From Patescibacteria group bacterium (GTDB lineage: Bacteria; Patescibacteriota; Patescibacteriia; 2-01-FULL-39-33): DNA of 32,000 nucleotides. The notes beneath the pieces are model-generated. The model was not told where the DNA came from. It saw nothing but the letters and a program-made list of their open reading frames with translations, and searched no databases. The stretch covers positions 60,001-92,000 of the forward strand of contig JBAZRV010000002.1 of assembly GCA_041662745.1 (NCBI GenBank), in the 5' to 3' direction. A program made the translations under genes and the position numbers. Below are positions 1 through 8,449 of this stretch, piece by piece. The number at the start of each line of letters is the position of its first letter. The first letter of the stretch is position 1.

Positions 1-17
1 TAATAGCAATTAAATTT

Positions 18-713
18 ATGCCAATCCCAGCCAAGGTCAAGAAATATCTTGACACTAAGGGCATTGATTATGAAGAGCTGGCCCACAAGACCGTCTTTAC
101 CGCTTACGATGCGGCGCAGACATTGAAAAAACAGCTCAAAGAAATCGCCAAGACGATTTTGATTGAAGCGGACAAAACCCATGTGTTGGTGGTTTTGCCG
201 GCCGACAAAAAAATCGATATGGCCAAGCTTAAAAAGGTCTTGGGCGCCAAAAGCGTCCGCATTCCCGATGAAAAGGTGATGATTAAAGTATTAAAAATCA
301 AGCCGGGGACTTTGTCGTCTTTCGGCCGTTTACATGACATGGAAGTGGTGGTGGACAAAGCCATGATCGGCGTGAAAAAGGCCGTAGTGTCTACCGGCAG
401 TTTTACCGACAGCGTCCTGATGAAAGTCAAGGATTTCGTGCAGAGCGAGGAAGCGCGTTTGGTTGACATCGCCATGAAGGGCGGTTACAAAGTTCCCAAG
501 GCGACAAAGAAAAAGATGATTAAGGTAAAAAAGCAGGTTCAGGCCAGGAAAGGCAAAAAGACCAAGATTAAAGTTCCTAAAACGCTGAAGAAGCTGGTTA
601 AGCCGGCCAAGAAAGCCCTGAAGGCGGCAATCAAACGGCCGATTAAAAAGTCAACCGGAAAATCCGTCAGTAAGAAAACAACCGTCAGTAAGAAAATAAG
701 TAAGAGGAGATAG
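18..713 (+). CDS. YbaK/EbsC-type aminoacyl-tRNA editing (trans-deacylase) domain protein with Lys-rich C-terminal tail
   Basis: 231-aa ORF. The first ~155 aa resemble YbaK/ProX-type editing domains (KTILIEADKTHVLVVLPADKKIDMAKLKKVLGAK...PGTLSSFG...VSTGS). The last ~75 aa are an extremely Lys-rich, histone-H1-like tail. Confidence 0.65.
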   Translation: MPIPAKVKKYLDTKGIDYEELAHKTVFTAYDAAQTLKKQLKEIAKTILIEADKTHVLVVLPADKKIDMAKLKKVLGAKSVRIPDEKVMIKVLKIKPGTLSSFGRLHDMEVVVDKAMIGVKKAVVSTGSFTDSVLMKVKDFVQSEEARLVDIAMKGGYKVPKATKKKMIKVKKQVQARKGKKTKIKVPKTLKKLVKPAKKALKAAIKRPIKKSTGKSVSKKTTVSKKISKRR

Positions 714-778
714 AAAAATAAAAAGAGAGCAGCCGATGCGGTTGCTCCCAAGAGAAGGTTCGGAAGAAATTCAAGGGG

Positions 779-1363
779 TTATTTTAGCAGTATTTTAGGG
801 GATTCCACCATGTCCTGCTCATCAATAATCCGCACGCCGCATTCTTCAAAACTCGGCCGGAAACGATCCAACGACCTGGCCAGCGGAAGCCACTCTGCGG
901 TGCCGGACGATGTGATAAGGGCGATCGGCGGAATTTTGATTGCAGTTAGTTCGCACAGGGTAATAATATCAAAAGCCACGCAGGCGCCGGTGAGAATTCC
1001 ATTTTGGGAAAGCGGGCGATGAAATGGATCGTGTTCCATGGCGATAATGAACAAGCGTTCAAATTGCTTCCGTTGAATGCCGGATAGCAATTCCTCCGGA
1101 TCGTCCAGACTGATCCCGGACATGCTGAAAACCATTTTTTCGTTGGCGCGATGAAGCGCGCATACCAGATCTTTGATCATCAGGGAATCCGGCGACATGG
1201 CGGCGTAGGGATCGCTGCAGGTTAAACAATTTTCCAAATTGATTTTTGCTTGTTCCGGAGTTTTTCCCTGGTAAATCAGGGCAAAAGACCTTGCTTTTTC
1301 CCCGGAGGCGCTTGGGCAAAGCCCTGGGTGAAAAGGTGAGAGCTCAATCATCATGATAATCAA
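779..1363 (-). CDS. hypothetical protein (no family recognised)
   Basis: 194-aa ORF filling the gap between convergent and divergent neighbours. Several in-frame Met codons at the N-terminus leave the start uncertain. No motif I can name. Confidence 0.5.
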   Translation of the reverse strand: MIIMMIELSPFHPGLCPSASGEKARSFALIYQGKTPEQAKINLENCLTCSDPYAAMSPDSLMIKDLVCALHRANEKMVFSMSGISLDDPEELLSGIQRKQFERLFIIAMEHDPFHRPLSQNGILTGACVAFDIITLCELTAIKIPPIALITSSGTAEWLPLARSLDRFRPSFEECGVRIIDEQDMVESPKILLK

Positions 1364-1524
1364 TCCCTTTCTGCGTTGTTAACGTCCTTGGTTGATGTTT
1401 CTGCCACAAAAATTCTAGTTAGATCATACCATAAACAAAGAAAAAGTCAAGCATTAGTTGATTGAATTTATTGAAGAATATTTTATAATTTGTTTAAATT
1501 TAGATAAAAAATTATTGACCAATC

Positions 1525-2232
1525 GTGGATTATCAAATAGTTTTAGATAAATTTTCCGGTCCCTTGGATCTTTTGCTGCAATTGATTGAGCAAGAGGAAC
1601 TTGATATTTCTCAGGTTTCCCTGGCCAAGGTTACCGATCAATATTTGGCTTATTTGGACGCCAATAAGGGTCTGCCGGCCGGGGAGTTGGCTGATTTTTT
1701 GACGGTGGCGACGAAGTTATTGGTTATTAAGTCAAAATTATTGTTACCGCAGTTGGCGGATGAGGAAGAAGACAGCGCGGAACAATTGGAAGCCCAGCTC
1801 AAGATGTATAAGGAATATTTGGAAGCGAGCAAGAAGCTTGAAGTATTGTTAATGGAAAATAATTATTCTTTCACGCGCGAGCGTTTGCCGATTGATTTTC
1901 GGCCGGCCTTTTCTCCGCCACCCTCGCTTTCGGCCGGCGATCTGACCGCTATTTTTGAGGAGATTTTAAAGCGCGTTGAATATGTTACCGGGTTGCCGAA
2001 GAAAATAATGGAACGGGTGGTCAGCTTGCAGGAGATGGTAACCGGCATCAGAGAAGCTTTGGGGCGAGCGCAGAAGATGAGTTTTAAAGAGGTGATCGCT
2101 AACGCCAAATCCAAGCATGAGGTAGTCATCAGTTTCATGGCCTTGCTGGAACTGATTAAATCCGGCGAAGCCGCCGTCAACCAAAAGGGAATTTTTGATG
2201 AGATAGAAGTGGAAAAAGTCAGCGCCAATTAA
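1525..2232 (+). CDS. scpA: segregation and condensation protein A (kleisin ScpA)
   Basis: GTG start at 1525. The N-terminus FSGPLDLLLQLIEQEELDISQVSLAKVTDQYLAYL is the typical ScpA signature. scpB follows 11 nt downstream. Confidence 0.85.
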   Translation: MDYQIVLDKFSGPLDLLLQLIEQEELDISQVSLAKVTDQYLAYLDANKGLPAGELADFLTVATKLLVIKSKLLLPQLADEEEDSAEQLEAQLKMYKEYLEASKKLEVLLMENNYSFTRERLPIDFRPAFSPPPSLSAGDLTAIFEEILKRVEYVTGLPKKIMERVVSLQEMVTGIREALGRAQKMSFKEVIANAKSKHEVVISFMALLELIKSGEAAVNQKGIFDEIEVEKVSAN

Positions 2233-2242
2233 AATATCAATT

Positions 2243-2824
2243 ATGAATTTAAAAAATACCATTGAATCATTGCTGTTTATTTCCCATAAGCCGTTGAGCG
2301 TCGCGGAACTGGCCAGGTTGGCCGAAAGCGACAAAACGGCGGTGGAGGAAGCGCTTAAATTATTGCAAGGGGAGTATGGAGAAAAAAACGGCGGTATAGA
2401 AATAATCAATATTGAAGATAAATATCAGATGGCCGCTACCGGCGAATCTTCGACGACCGTGGCTAAATTTTTGAAAACAGAAGTGACCGGAGAGCTGACT
2501 CGGCCGTCGTTGGAAACATTGACCATCATCGCCTATCGCGGACCGGTTTCCAAGGCGGAATTGGAATTGATACGCGGGGTCAATTGTTCTTTGATTTTGC
2601 GCAATCTGCTGATGCGCGGGCTGATTGAATCGCGCGAGGATAAAGACAAGGCCGCAAACGTTTATCAGATAACTTTTGATTTCTTAAAGCATTTGGGCCT
2701 CAGTTCGGTTAGCGAATTGCCGGATTATGAACGGCTTAACCGCAATAATAACTTGGAGAAATTATTGCACGGCCTGACCGGCGGCGCAGTGGAACAGGAA
2801 ATCACCGCCGACTTGGCCGTTTAA
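2243..2824 (+). CDS. scpB: segregation and condensation protein B (ScpB)
   Basis: [20 protein letters not shown]...[13 protein letters not shown]...[29 protein letters not shown] is the typical ScpB winged-helix pattern. The gene is adjacent to scpA. Confidence 0.85.
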   Translation: [193 protein letters not shown]

Positions 2825-2875
2825 TTTTATATTTTAAGATAATACTAAAAAAACCTGATTATTAACTCATTTGCC

Positions 2876-3799
2876 ATGTTTGAAGCCGTCTTAAATCTGT
2901 TTTTGGCCGCAATTTTCCTGCAAGCGCAGGCCACCAACCCCGCCGATGCCGTTATGCCGGCTAACTCTTTGCCTTTGGCTCAACAGAAAATTGAAGCCCG
3001 TCTTCCGGAAAAAGCCATAGACAGCGAAAGCTTGGGTGTCAGAGTCTCGGCTAAAAGCTTTATCGTGGTGGAACCGGAAACCGGCGCGGTTTTGTATGAG
3101 AAAAATTCCCAAGATTGCCGGCCCATCGCTTCTTTGACCAAGCTCATGACCGCTTTGGTGTTTCTGGAACATAATCCCGGTTGGGATAAGCAATACACGA
3201 TGACCGCTGATGATTTTCGCGTGGGAGCCAAGCCGGCCCTGATGGTTGGCGACGTTCTGACCGTCCGCGAGCTGTTTTATACCATGCTGATTTCTTCGGC
3301 TAACGAAGCGGCGGTGGCTTTAGCCAAGTCTACCGGCTTGACGCCGGAAGAGTTCGTCGGGCAAATGAATTTATACGCCAAATTATTGGCTATGGATTCC
3401 AGCCAGTTTAGCGAGACGACCGGATTGTCCGTGGATAACAAGGCCAGCGCCGAGGATGTTATTAAATTGATTAAAGTCGCCTTCTCCCATTCCGAAATCC
3501 GCAAGGCCTTGGGCTTTAAGAGTTACAATGTGTCGATCATCAATAAAAATTTGTCGCGCCATATCAACAGCACGGACATGATTTTGAAAGCCGAGTTCGG
3601 CTATCGCGGCGATTCCTACAAGTTGGAAGCGGGCAAGACCGGCACCTTGCCGTCCGCCGGCTACTGTTTCGCCAGCCAGGTCAAGGATCAGAATAATCGC
3701 CGGTTGCTGATAGCCGTTTTGGGCAGTTCTTCCACCTATGATCGCTTTACCGACACCAAATCCCTGGCCTATTGGGTGTTCAATAATTTTTCTTGGTAA
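2876..3799 (+). CDS. serine-type D-alanyl-D-alanine carboxypeptidase (peptidase S11, PBP5/6-like)
   Basis: N-terminal signal-like segment. All three penicillin-binding motifs are present in order: SLTK (SxxK), SANE (SxN), KTGT (KTG). Confidence 0.85.
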   Translation: MFEAVLNLFLAAIFLQAQATNPADAVMPANSLPLAQQKIEARLPEKAIDSESLGVRVSAKSFIVVEPETGAVLYEKNSQDCRPIASLTKLMTALVFLEHNPGWDKQYTMTADDFRVGAKPALMVGDVLTVRELFYTMLISSANEAAVALAKSTGLTPEEFVGQMNLYAKLLAMDSSQFSETTGLSVDNKASAEDVIKLIKVAFSHSEIRKALGFKSYNVSIINKNLSRHINSTDMILKAEFGYRGDSYKLEAGKTGTLPSAGYCFASQVKDQNNRRLLIAVLGSSSTYDRFTDTKSLAYWVFNNFSW

Positions 3800-3806
3800 C
3801 ATTAAT

Positions 3807-4109
3807 ATGCTGTATAATAAACTGATCAGAGATAATATTCCTGACATTATAGCCGCTAAAGGTGAGAAAGCAATAATTCATGTTGCCGATTTATCCGAGT
3901 ATAAGAAAAAACTCGATGAAAAATTAATGGAAGAGGTGGGAGAGCTTTTAGCCGGCTACGAGATGGCCGAGATGGCTGATGTTTTTGAGGTGTTAGCGGC
4001 TATAGCTAAAGTTAACGGTTATGACTTGGCGCAAGTGGAGCAATTAAGGCAAGAAAAGAAGGGGCAGCGCGGGGGATTTGAGCGGAGAATTATTTTGGAG
4101 GAATCGTAA
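3807..4109 (+). CDS. MazG-like all-alpha NTP pyrophosphohydrolase (house-cleaning type)
   Basis: The ORF track starts at 3738, but that would overlap the preceding gene. The ATG at 3807 gives MLYNKLIRDNIPDII...EEVGELL...EMADVFEVLAAIA...KKGQRGGFERRIILEE, the typical small MazG-like family pattern. Confidence 0.75.
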   Translation: MLYNKLIRDNIPDIIAAKGEKAIIHVADLSEYKKKLDEKLMEEVGELLAGYEMAEMADVFEVLAAIAKVNGYDLAQVEQLRQEKKGQRGGFERRIILEES

Positions 4110-4142
4110 TTTATGGAGTTAATTATTATTGATAATTGAGGT

Positions 4143-4643
4143 ATGGATTTTTTATTGAGTTTTTTTGCCGGCTTGCCGCCAGCATGGGTGATTTTGTTTA
4201 TTTCCATGATTCCGATCGTGGAGTTGCGCGGCGCTTTGCCTGTGGCCTTGACGTTTTATAAGCTTAATCCCATCTTGGCTTACTGTTTGTCGGTTATCGG
4301 CAATCTGTTGCCGGTGATGCTGATTTTGCTTTACATCGGCCCGGTCTCCGATTGGCTGAAAAAGCGCAGTCGGCTGATGGACAGGTTTTTTGCCTGGCTG
4401 TTTAAACGTACCAGGCATAAAATCGGCAAAAATTACGAAAAGTACGGCCTGTTGGCCTTGGCGATTTTTGTGGCCATCCCACTGCCTATGACCGGCGCTT
4501 GGACCGGCGCTTTGGCGGCTTGGCTGTTCGGGATTGATAATCGGCGCGCCTTTTTGGCTATTGCCGCCGGTGTCCTGGTCGCCGGCCTTATTGTGCTTTC
4601 GGCTACTGCCGGCATATTGAATTTTTTGGATTTTTTAATTTAA
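4143..4643 (+). CDS. small polytopic membrane protein, 'small multidrug export'-like family
   Basis: 166 aa with 4-5 hydrophobic helices. The IPIVELRGALPVAL motif is typical of the COG2426/Sm_multidrug_ex-type family. Confidence 0.55.
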   Translation: MDFLLSFFAGLPPAWVILFISMIPIVELRGALPVALTFYKLNPILAYCLSVIGNLLPVMLILLYIGPVSDWLKKRSRLMDRFFAWLFKRTRHKIGKNYEKYGLLALAIFVAIPLPMTGAWTGALAAWLFGIDNRRAFLAIAAGVLVAGLIVLSATAGILNFLDFLI

Positions 4644-4647
4644 ACAT

Positions 4648-5406
4648 ATGCGCAAAATAATCATTGCCAATTGGAAAATGAATTTAAGTCCGGCCGCTTC
4701 GGCCGAGCTGGCCCATGATTTGGCTAAAGTTTTAAGCAATGACGCGCTGGAACGGAAAGATGTGGTTTTGGCGCCTTCCGTTTCCGCCTTGACTTTGGTG
4801 GCGGAAGAGATTAAAAAGGAAGAAATGGCTTTGAGCGCTCAGGATATTTTTTGGGAGGATCGGGGAGCCTTTACCGGCTGCGAATCGCCTGAATTTTTGC
4901 GCGAAGCCGGTTGCCGCTATGCCATTGTCGGTCACTCGGAACGGCGGCAGAATCTGGCTGAGACCGATGAAATGATCCATCTTAAACTCAAAGCCGCCCT
5001 CTCGGCCGGCTTGACTCCGATTTTGTGCGTTGGCGAAACTTACGAAGAGCGTCGCGAGGGGCAGACCGGCAATGTTTTGTTGCGTCAGGTTAACTCCGCT
5101 CTGCAAGGCATAAACTTTCTTACCGATGAATACTTGGTGGTCGCTTATGAGCCGGTTTGGGTAATCGGTTCGGGACAGGCGATTGAACCGGCCCAAGCCG
5201 AGGAAGCTTTCCGCATTATTTGGCAACAGATTATTGACAATATACCGATGGCCGTAGCCAAGTCCAATGTCCGCATTATTTACGGCGGTTCGGTGGACTC
5301 GTCCAATGCGGAGGATTTTGTGCCGCTGGATCATTTCGCCGGCTTTTTGGTTGGTGGAGCAAGTTTGAAAGCGGAGGAATTGGTCAAGGTTATAGAATTA
5401 ACTTAA
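4648..5406 (+). CDS. tpiA: triosephosphate isomerase
   Basis: IIIANWKMN, IVGHSERR, YEPVWVIGSG and IIYGGSV motifs are all present. Confidence 0.95.
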   Translation: MRKIIIANWKMNLSPAASAELAHDLAKVLSNDALERKDVVLAPSVSALTLVAEEIKKEEMALSAQDIFWEDRGAFTGCESPEFLREAGCRYAIVGHSERRQNLAETDEMIHLKLKAALSAGLTPILCVGETYEERREGQTGNVLLRQVNSALQGINFLTDEYLVVAYEPVWVIGSGQAIEPAQAEEAFRIIWQQIIDNIPMAVAKSNVRIIYGGSVDSSNAEDFVPLDHFAGFLVGGASLKAEELVKVIELT

Positions 5407-5410
5407 ATAT

Positions 5411-6226
5411 ATGAGATCTAAATCTTTTAAAACACCGGAGTTTAAAGCTCCTGTTGATATTTCGGATGAATCCGAGAAAGACAGAGAAAATGAGCCAACA
5501 TTACCGGAACGTCTTGATGATGGTGAGGCAGAAGAAGAAATCAACAAAAAGGTTGACTTAGCGGCAGTGATTGATGAATATTTAAAATTAGAAAGTGCCT
5601 GTTTTAAAGTTAATGATAGAAATACTATTATTGAGGCAACCGTTCAAGATTTAGCTCGCTTAGTTTTAGAATTAAAAGATAAATTAGCCGATTATGATGC
5701 TATTGTCAGCGATGATAGCAGCGGCCGTTTACCCTCATTACTTTTTAGAAGAATAATTAATAGACAAAAAAGAAAAAGCGGCCGGAAGGGGATACAAACC
5801 TTTTTTGTTTCTAGCGGCCGTCATAATTATTCTGAAATAATTTCCGGTTTGAGAGAATTTTTTGTTAAGAATCAGGAACAATTAGGCAGGGTATTATTAG
5901 TTACAGAATATATTGATAGCGGCAGGAGCATTTCCAGGTTAATTGGTATTATGCAAGAAGCGGGGGTTAATTTTGATTTGGCCGCTGTTTCTCTGTCAGG
6001 TGATGCCGCTAGTTACAATGATCAACAGCAACTCTATCAGCATTTGAGATACGGCGGTGTAAATAACGGCGGTCTTTATTTTTTTGAGCATCCCGGTCGA
6101 GGCGTTAAGAAAAACTGCGATAAGGTTCATCCGGTAAAGAGTTTTGTGGTAAGTCAAAAAAAGATTAACGCCAGTCGCAATAATATTAATTATTTAGCCG
6201 ATCAGTTAGCTGTTTTAGCCGATTAA
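5411..6226 (+). CDS. phosphoribosyltransferase (type I PRTase)-like domain protein, otherwise orphan
   Basis: 271 aa. The acidic, disordered-looking N-terminus is followed by YDAIVSDDSSGRLPSLLF and VLLVTEYIDSGRSISRL, which fit the PRPP-binding loop pattern (hydrophobic run, two acidic or polar residues, small residues). Visibly AT-rich relative to tpiA and fba. Confidence 0.5.
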   Translation: MRSKSFKTPEFKAPVDISDESEKDRENEPTLPERLDDGEAEEEINKKVDLAAVIDEYLKLESACFKVNDRNTIIEATVQDLARLVLELKDKLADYDAIVSDDSSGRLPSLLFRRIINRQKRKSGRKGIQTFFVSSGRHNYSEIISGLREFFVKNQEQLGRVLLVTEYIDSGRSISRLIGIMQEAGVNFDLAAVSLSGDAASYNDQQQLYQHLRYGGVNNGGLYFFEHPGRGVKKNCDKVHPVKSFVVSQKKINASRNNINYLADQLAVLAD

Positions 6227-6229
6227 AAT

Positions 6230-7096
6230 ATGATTACACACCTCAAAAACATTGTTAGCAGCGCGCAACGGGGCAAGTATGCCTTGGGCGCCTTTAATAC
6301 TTCCAATTTGGAAGTGACACTGGGCATTATTCGTGGTGCGGCGGCGCAGAAGTCTCCGGTGATTGTCCAAGTCTCCGAAAGCACTATTAAGTATGCCGGC
6401 TTGACCAATATCACGGAATTGATTAAGATTATTGCTGCCAATGACGGCAAGAAAATTCCCATAGCCATCCACCTGGATCACGGCCATACCTTTCAAATCG
6501 TGGCCGATTGCGTTAAGGCGGGGTTTTCTTCGGTTCATATAGACGGTTCGGATCTGCCTTTTGAGAAGAATATCGCCTTAACTAAGAAGGCCGCGATTTT
6601 TGCTCATCGTCATGGCGTTTGGGCGCAAGCCGAATTAGGGGCAATGCTGGGCAAAGAGGGCACGGTGCTTAAGAATGTGCCCAAAGACCCTAATGCTTAC
6701 ATGACTGATCCGGCTAAGGTGAAGGAGTTTGTCCGCCGTACCGGCGCAGATACCTTGGCAATTTCTGTCGGCACCATGCACGGTTATTATCAGGGCCGGG
6801 AGAAGATTGATTTCCCCCGCTTAAAGAAAATTCAGCAAGAGATTCCGCAGACGCCTCTGGTGCTTCATGGCGCTTCCGGCTTATCCGACAGCGATTTGCG
6901 TTCAGCCGCCAAGTTCGGCGTCAGGATTGTCAATATTGATACGGATCTGCGTCGCGCCTTTACGCAAGCGTTAAGGCGGACAATCAAAACTGCGCCCAAG
7001 AACCATTATGACCCGCGCCAAATTTTAAAGCCGTCAATTGAAGCCGTGGCCGCCGAAACGGAACGCTTAATCAAATTGTTCGGCAGCGGACGCTAA
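6230..7096 (+). CDS. fba: class II fructose-1,6-bisphosphate aldolase
   Basis: GKYALGAFNTSNLE, IAIHLDHG, SVHIDGS, LVLHGASG motifs. Confidence 0.9.
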   Translation: MITHLKNIVSSAQRGKYALGAFNTSNLEVTLGIIRGAAAQKSPVIVQVSESTIKYAGLTNITELIKIIAANDGKKIPIAIHLDHGHTFQIVADCVKAGFSSVHIDGSDLPFEKNIALTKKAAIFAHRHGVWAQAELGAMLGKEGTVLKNVPKDPNAYMTDPAKVKEFVRRTGADTLAISVGTMHGYYQGREKIDFPRLKKIQQEIPQTPLVLHGASGLSDSDLRSAAKFGVRIVNIDTDLRRAFTQALRRTIKTAPKNHYDPRQILKPSIEAVAAETERLIKLFGSGR

Positions 7097-7101
7097 ATTT
7101 T

Positions 7102-7968
7102 ATGTTGTTAAATATCACAGTCTTAATAATTTTAATAATTTCCTTGATTTTGCTGGCTCGCATTATCTGGCGGCATTTGCCGGAACTGAAGATCTTGGAT
7201 ATCAATTCCATTCCCAAGGAAAAACACGTTGACACCAAAGCTAAGATTTTGGAGTCAAAGTTTTTGCGCCAAAGCGATAAGACGCGCCAGCGTTTGGATA
7301 AAGTGATCGGGCCGATTAAGGCCGGCGTGGGCGGGTTGAAAAGCAGATTGCAAGAGCAGGTGCAGACATTGGAGAAAAAATATCAACGCCACGGGGAAGT
7401 AGAGGAGGCGAAAACCAAAAGCATCAACGATTTATTCGTGGAAGCGGAGCAATTGCTGGCTAAAGATGATTTGGCGGCGGCGGAAAGGGATTTGATTGAG
7501 ATTATTTCCCGCGATAAAAAGAGTATCCGCGCCTATGAATTATTATCCGACGTGTATCGAAGCGGAAAAAATTATGAGCAGGCGGCCGAGGTGATTAAAT
7601 ATTTGATCAAGCTTAAATCGCTCAAGTACCGCAAAAAGAATCCGGTTGAACCGTTGCAAAAGGAAAAATTGGAAGATACGGAAGCGGCTATGCTGGAGAC
7701 GATTAATGTGGATGTGGAAATCGCTGGCTATTATGATGACCTGGGCAAGGTTTATGAGATTTTAGGTAAAATTGACAAGGCTTTGGATAACTACCTCAAA
7801 GCCAACGCCATTGAACCCAATAACCCCAAATACCTGGATAAAGTCATTGATTTGGCTATTCTGGTCAAGGATAAGGGGTTGGCCAAGAAAACCTATCGCC
7901 AACTAAAGGAGATTAATCCGGAAAATGCCAAATTGGCCCGATTTAAAGAGGCGCTTGAAAAAATGTAA
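7102..7968 (+). CDS. membrane-anchored TPR-repeat protein
   Basis: N-terminal TM helix (LLNITVLIILIISLILLARIIW). The C-terminal half has TPR-like repeats (YYDDLGKVYEILGKIDKALDNYLKANAIEPNNP). Confidence 0.6.
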   Translation: MLLNITVLIILIISLILLARIIWRHLPELKILDINSIPKEKHVDTKAKILESKFLRQSDKTRQRLDKVIGPIKAGVGGLKSRLQEQVQTLEKKYQRHGEVEEAKTKSINDLFVEAEQLLAKDDLAAAERDLIEIISRDKKSIRAYELLSDVYRSGKNYEQAAEVIKYLIKLKSLKYRKKNPVEPLQKEKLEDTEAAMLETINVDVEIAGYYDDLGKVYEILGKIDKALDNYLKANAIEPNNPKYLDKVIDLAILVKDKGLAKKTYRQLKEINPENAKLARFKEALEKM

Positions 7969-7998
7969 GAAGTGTGCTAAAATAGTTCTGTTGTTTTC

Positions 7999-8071
7999 GC
8001 CGTTGTAGCTCAGTTGGTAGAGCGCATCCATGGTAAGGATGAGGTCTCCGGTTCAAGCCCGGACAACGGCT
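7999..8071 (+). tRNA. tRNA-Thr (anticodon GGT)
   Basis: Hand-folded cloverleaf: acceptor GCCGTTG/CAACGGC, D stem GCTC/GAGC, anticodon stem CATCC/GGATG with loop AT-GGT-AA, T arm TCCGG-TTCAAGC-CCGGA. No encoded CCA. Confidence 0.9.
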
Positions 8072-8105
8072 TAGGTGGTAAAATCGTATTATTAGGTTAT
8101 AAACT

Positions 8106-8187
8106 CGGGTCGGTACCAAAGCGGTCAACTGGGGGAGACTGTAAATCTCTTGGCTCTGCCTTCGGGGGTTCGAATCCCTCCCGGCCC
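8106..8187 (+). tRNA. tRNA-Tyr (anticodon GTA), class II with long variable arm
   Basis: Acceptor GGGTCGG/CCGGCCC (one T.G pair), anticodon stem GGAGA/TCTCT with loop CT-GTA-AA, variable arm GGC-TCT-GCC, T arm GGGGG-TTCGAAT-CCCTC, discriminator A. No encoded CCA. Confidence 0.9.
8172..8187 (+). repeat. direct repeat copy 1 (AATCCCTCCCGGCCCA), the genuine 3' end of tRNA-Tyr
   Basis: Exact 16-mer, repeated at 8392-8407 and 8609-8624. Confidence 0.95.
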
Positions 8188-8191
8188 ATAT

Positions 8192-8228
8192 CAAAAAGAA
8201 AAACAGGATATTATCCTGTTTTTCTTTT
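8192..8228 (+). terminator. A-tract / 17-bp perfect hairpin / T-tract following tRNA-Tyr (terminator-like, symmetric)
   Basis: AAAAAGAAAAACAGGAT-att-ATCCTGTTTTTCTTTTT. Its core AAAAAC-CAGG is shared with the hairpin at 8409-8449. Confidence 0.6.
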
Positions 8229-8230
8229 TG

Positions 8231-8407
8231 ACTTGAGTTGTCGATAGGATTCGAACAGGCGGTTAATTGAGCCAGAAGTCCGACGGAAGGAGGACGACGC
8301 AGCGAAATTACAGCCAATCCGAGCTGGCGTAGGATTGGCGACCACCCAGGACAGAAGAAATTGCCAGATTCTGCTGGCGATTTCTGTCGGAAATCCCTCC
8401 CGGCCCA
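8231..8407 (+). ncRNA. candidate structured RNA, unit A (5' anti-T-arm box, four helices, tRNA-Tyr 3'-end box)
   Basis: Boxes: AGTTG 8236-8240, GGATTCGAAC 8247-8256, GGACA 8349-8353, CGGAAATCCCTCCCGGCCCA 8388-8407. Helices: P1 8258-8264/8340-8346; GA-GGAA hairpin 8278-8295; GCCAATCC/GGATTGGC 8313-8339; hairpin 8358-8383. Homologous to unit B with compensatory changes. Confidence 0.55.
8392..8407 (+). repeat. direct repeat copy 2 of the tRNA-Tyr 3' end
   Basis: Exact 16-mer AATCCCTCCCGGCCCA, 220 nt after copy 1. Its extended identity with copy 3 is CGGAAATCCCTCCCGGCCCA (20 nt). Confidence 0.95.
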
Positions 8408-8408
8408 T

Positions 8409-8449
8409 AAATTTAAAAACGCAGGCTTTATGCCTGTGTTTTTAAATTT
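8409..8449 (+). terminator. A-tract / 18-bp hairpin / T-tract following unit A (terminator-like, symmetric)
   Basis: AAATTTAAAAACGCAGGC-tttat-GCCTGTGTTTTTAAATTT, with one G.T pair that only works on the plus strand. Confidence 0.6.

Noticed and set aside
3738-3806. The track's upstream start (3738) for the MazG-like gene.
   Set aside because: It would overlap the preceding carboxypeptidase gene by 62 nt and add a non-homologous N-terminus. The family-typical N-terminus MLYNKLIRDNIP begins at ATG 3807.
4732-5334. Long antisense or off-frame ORFs inside housekeeping genes: 4732-5334(-) in tpiA, 22048-22623(+) in gatB, 15929-16471(-) in the metalloprotease, 3383-3847(-) in the carboxypeptidase, 17303-17743(-) in miaA, and 23965-24309(+) in tmk.
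   Set aside because: The opposite-strand genes carry unambiguous family motifs. These ORFs have low-complexity, Arg/Gly/Gln-rich translations and no expression signals.
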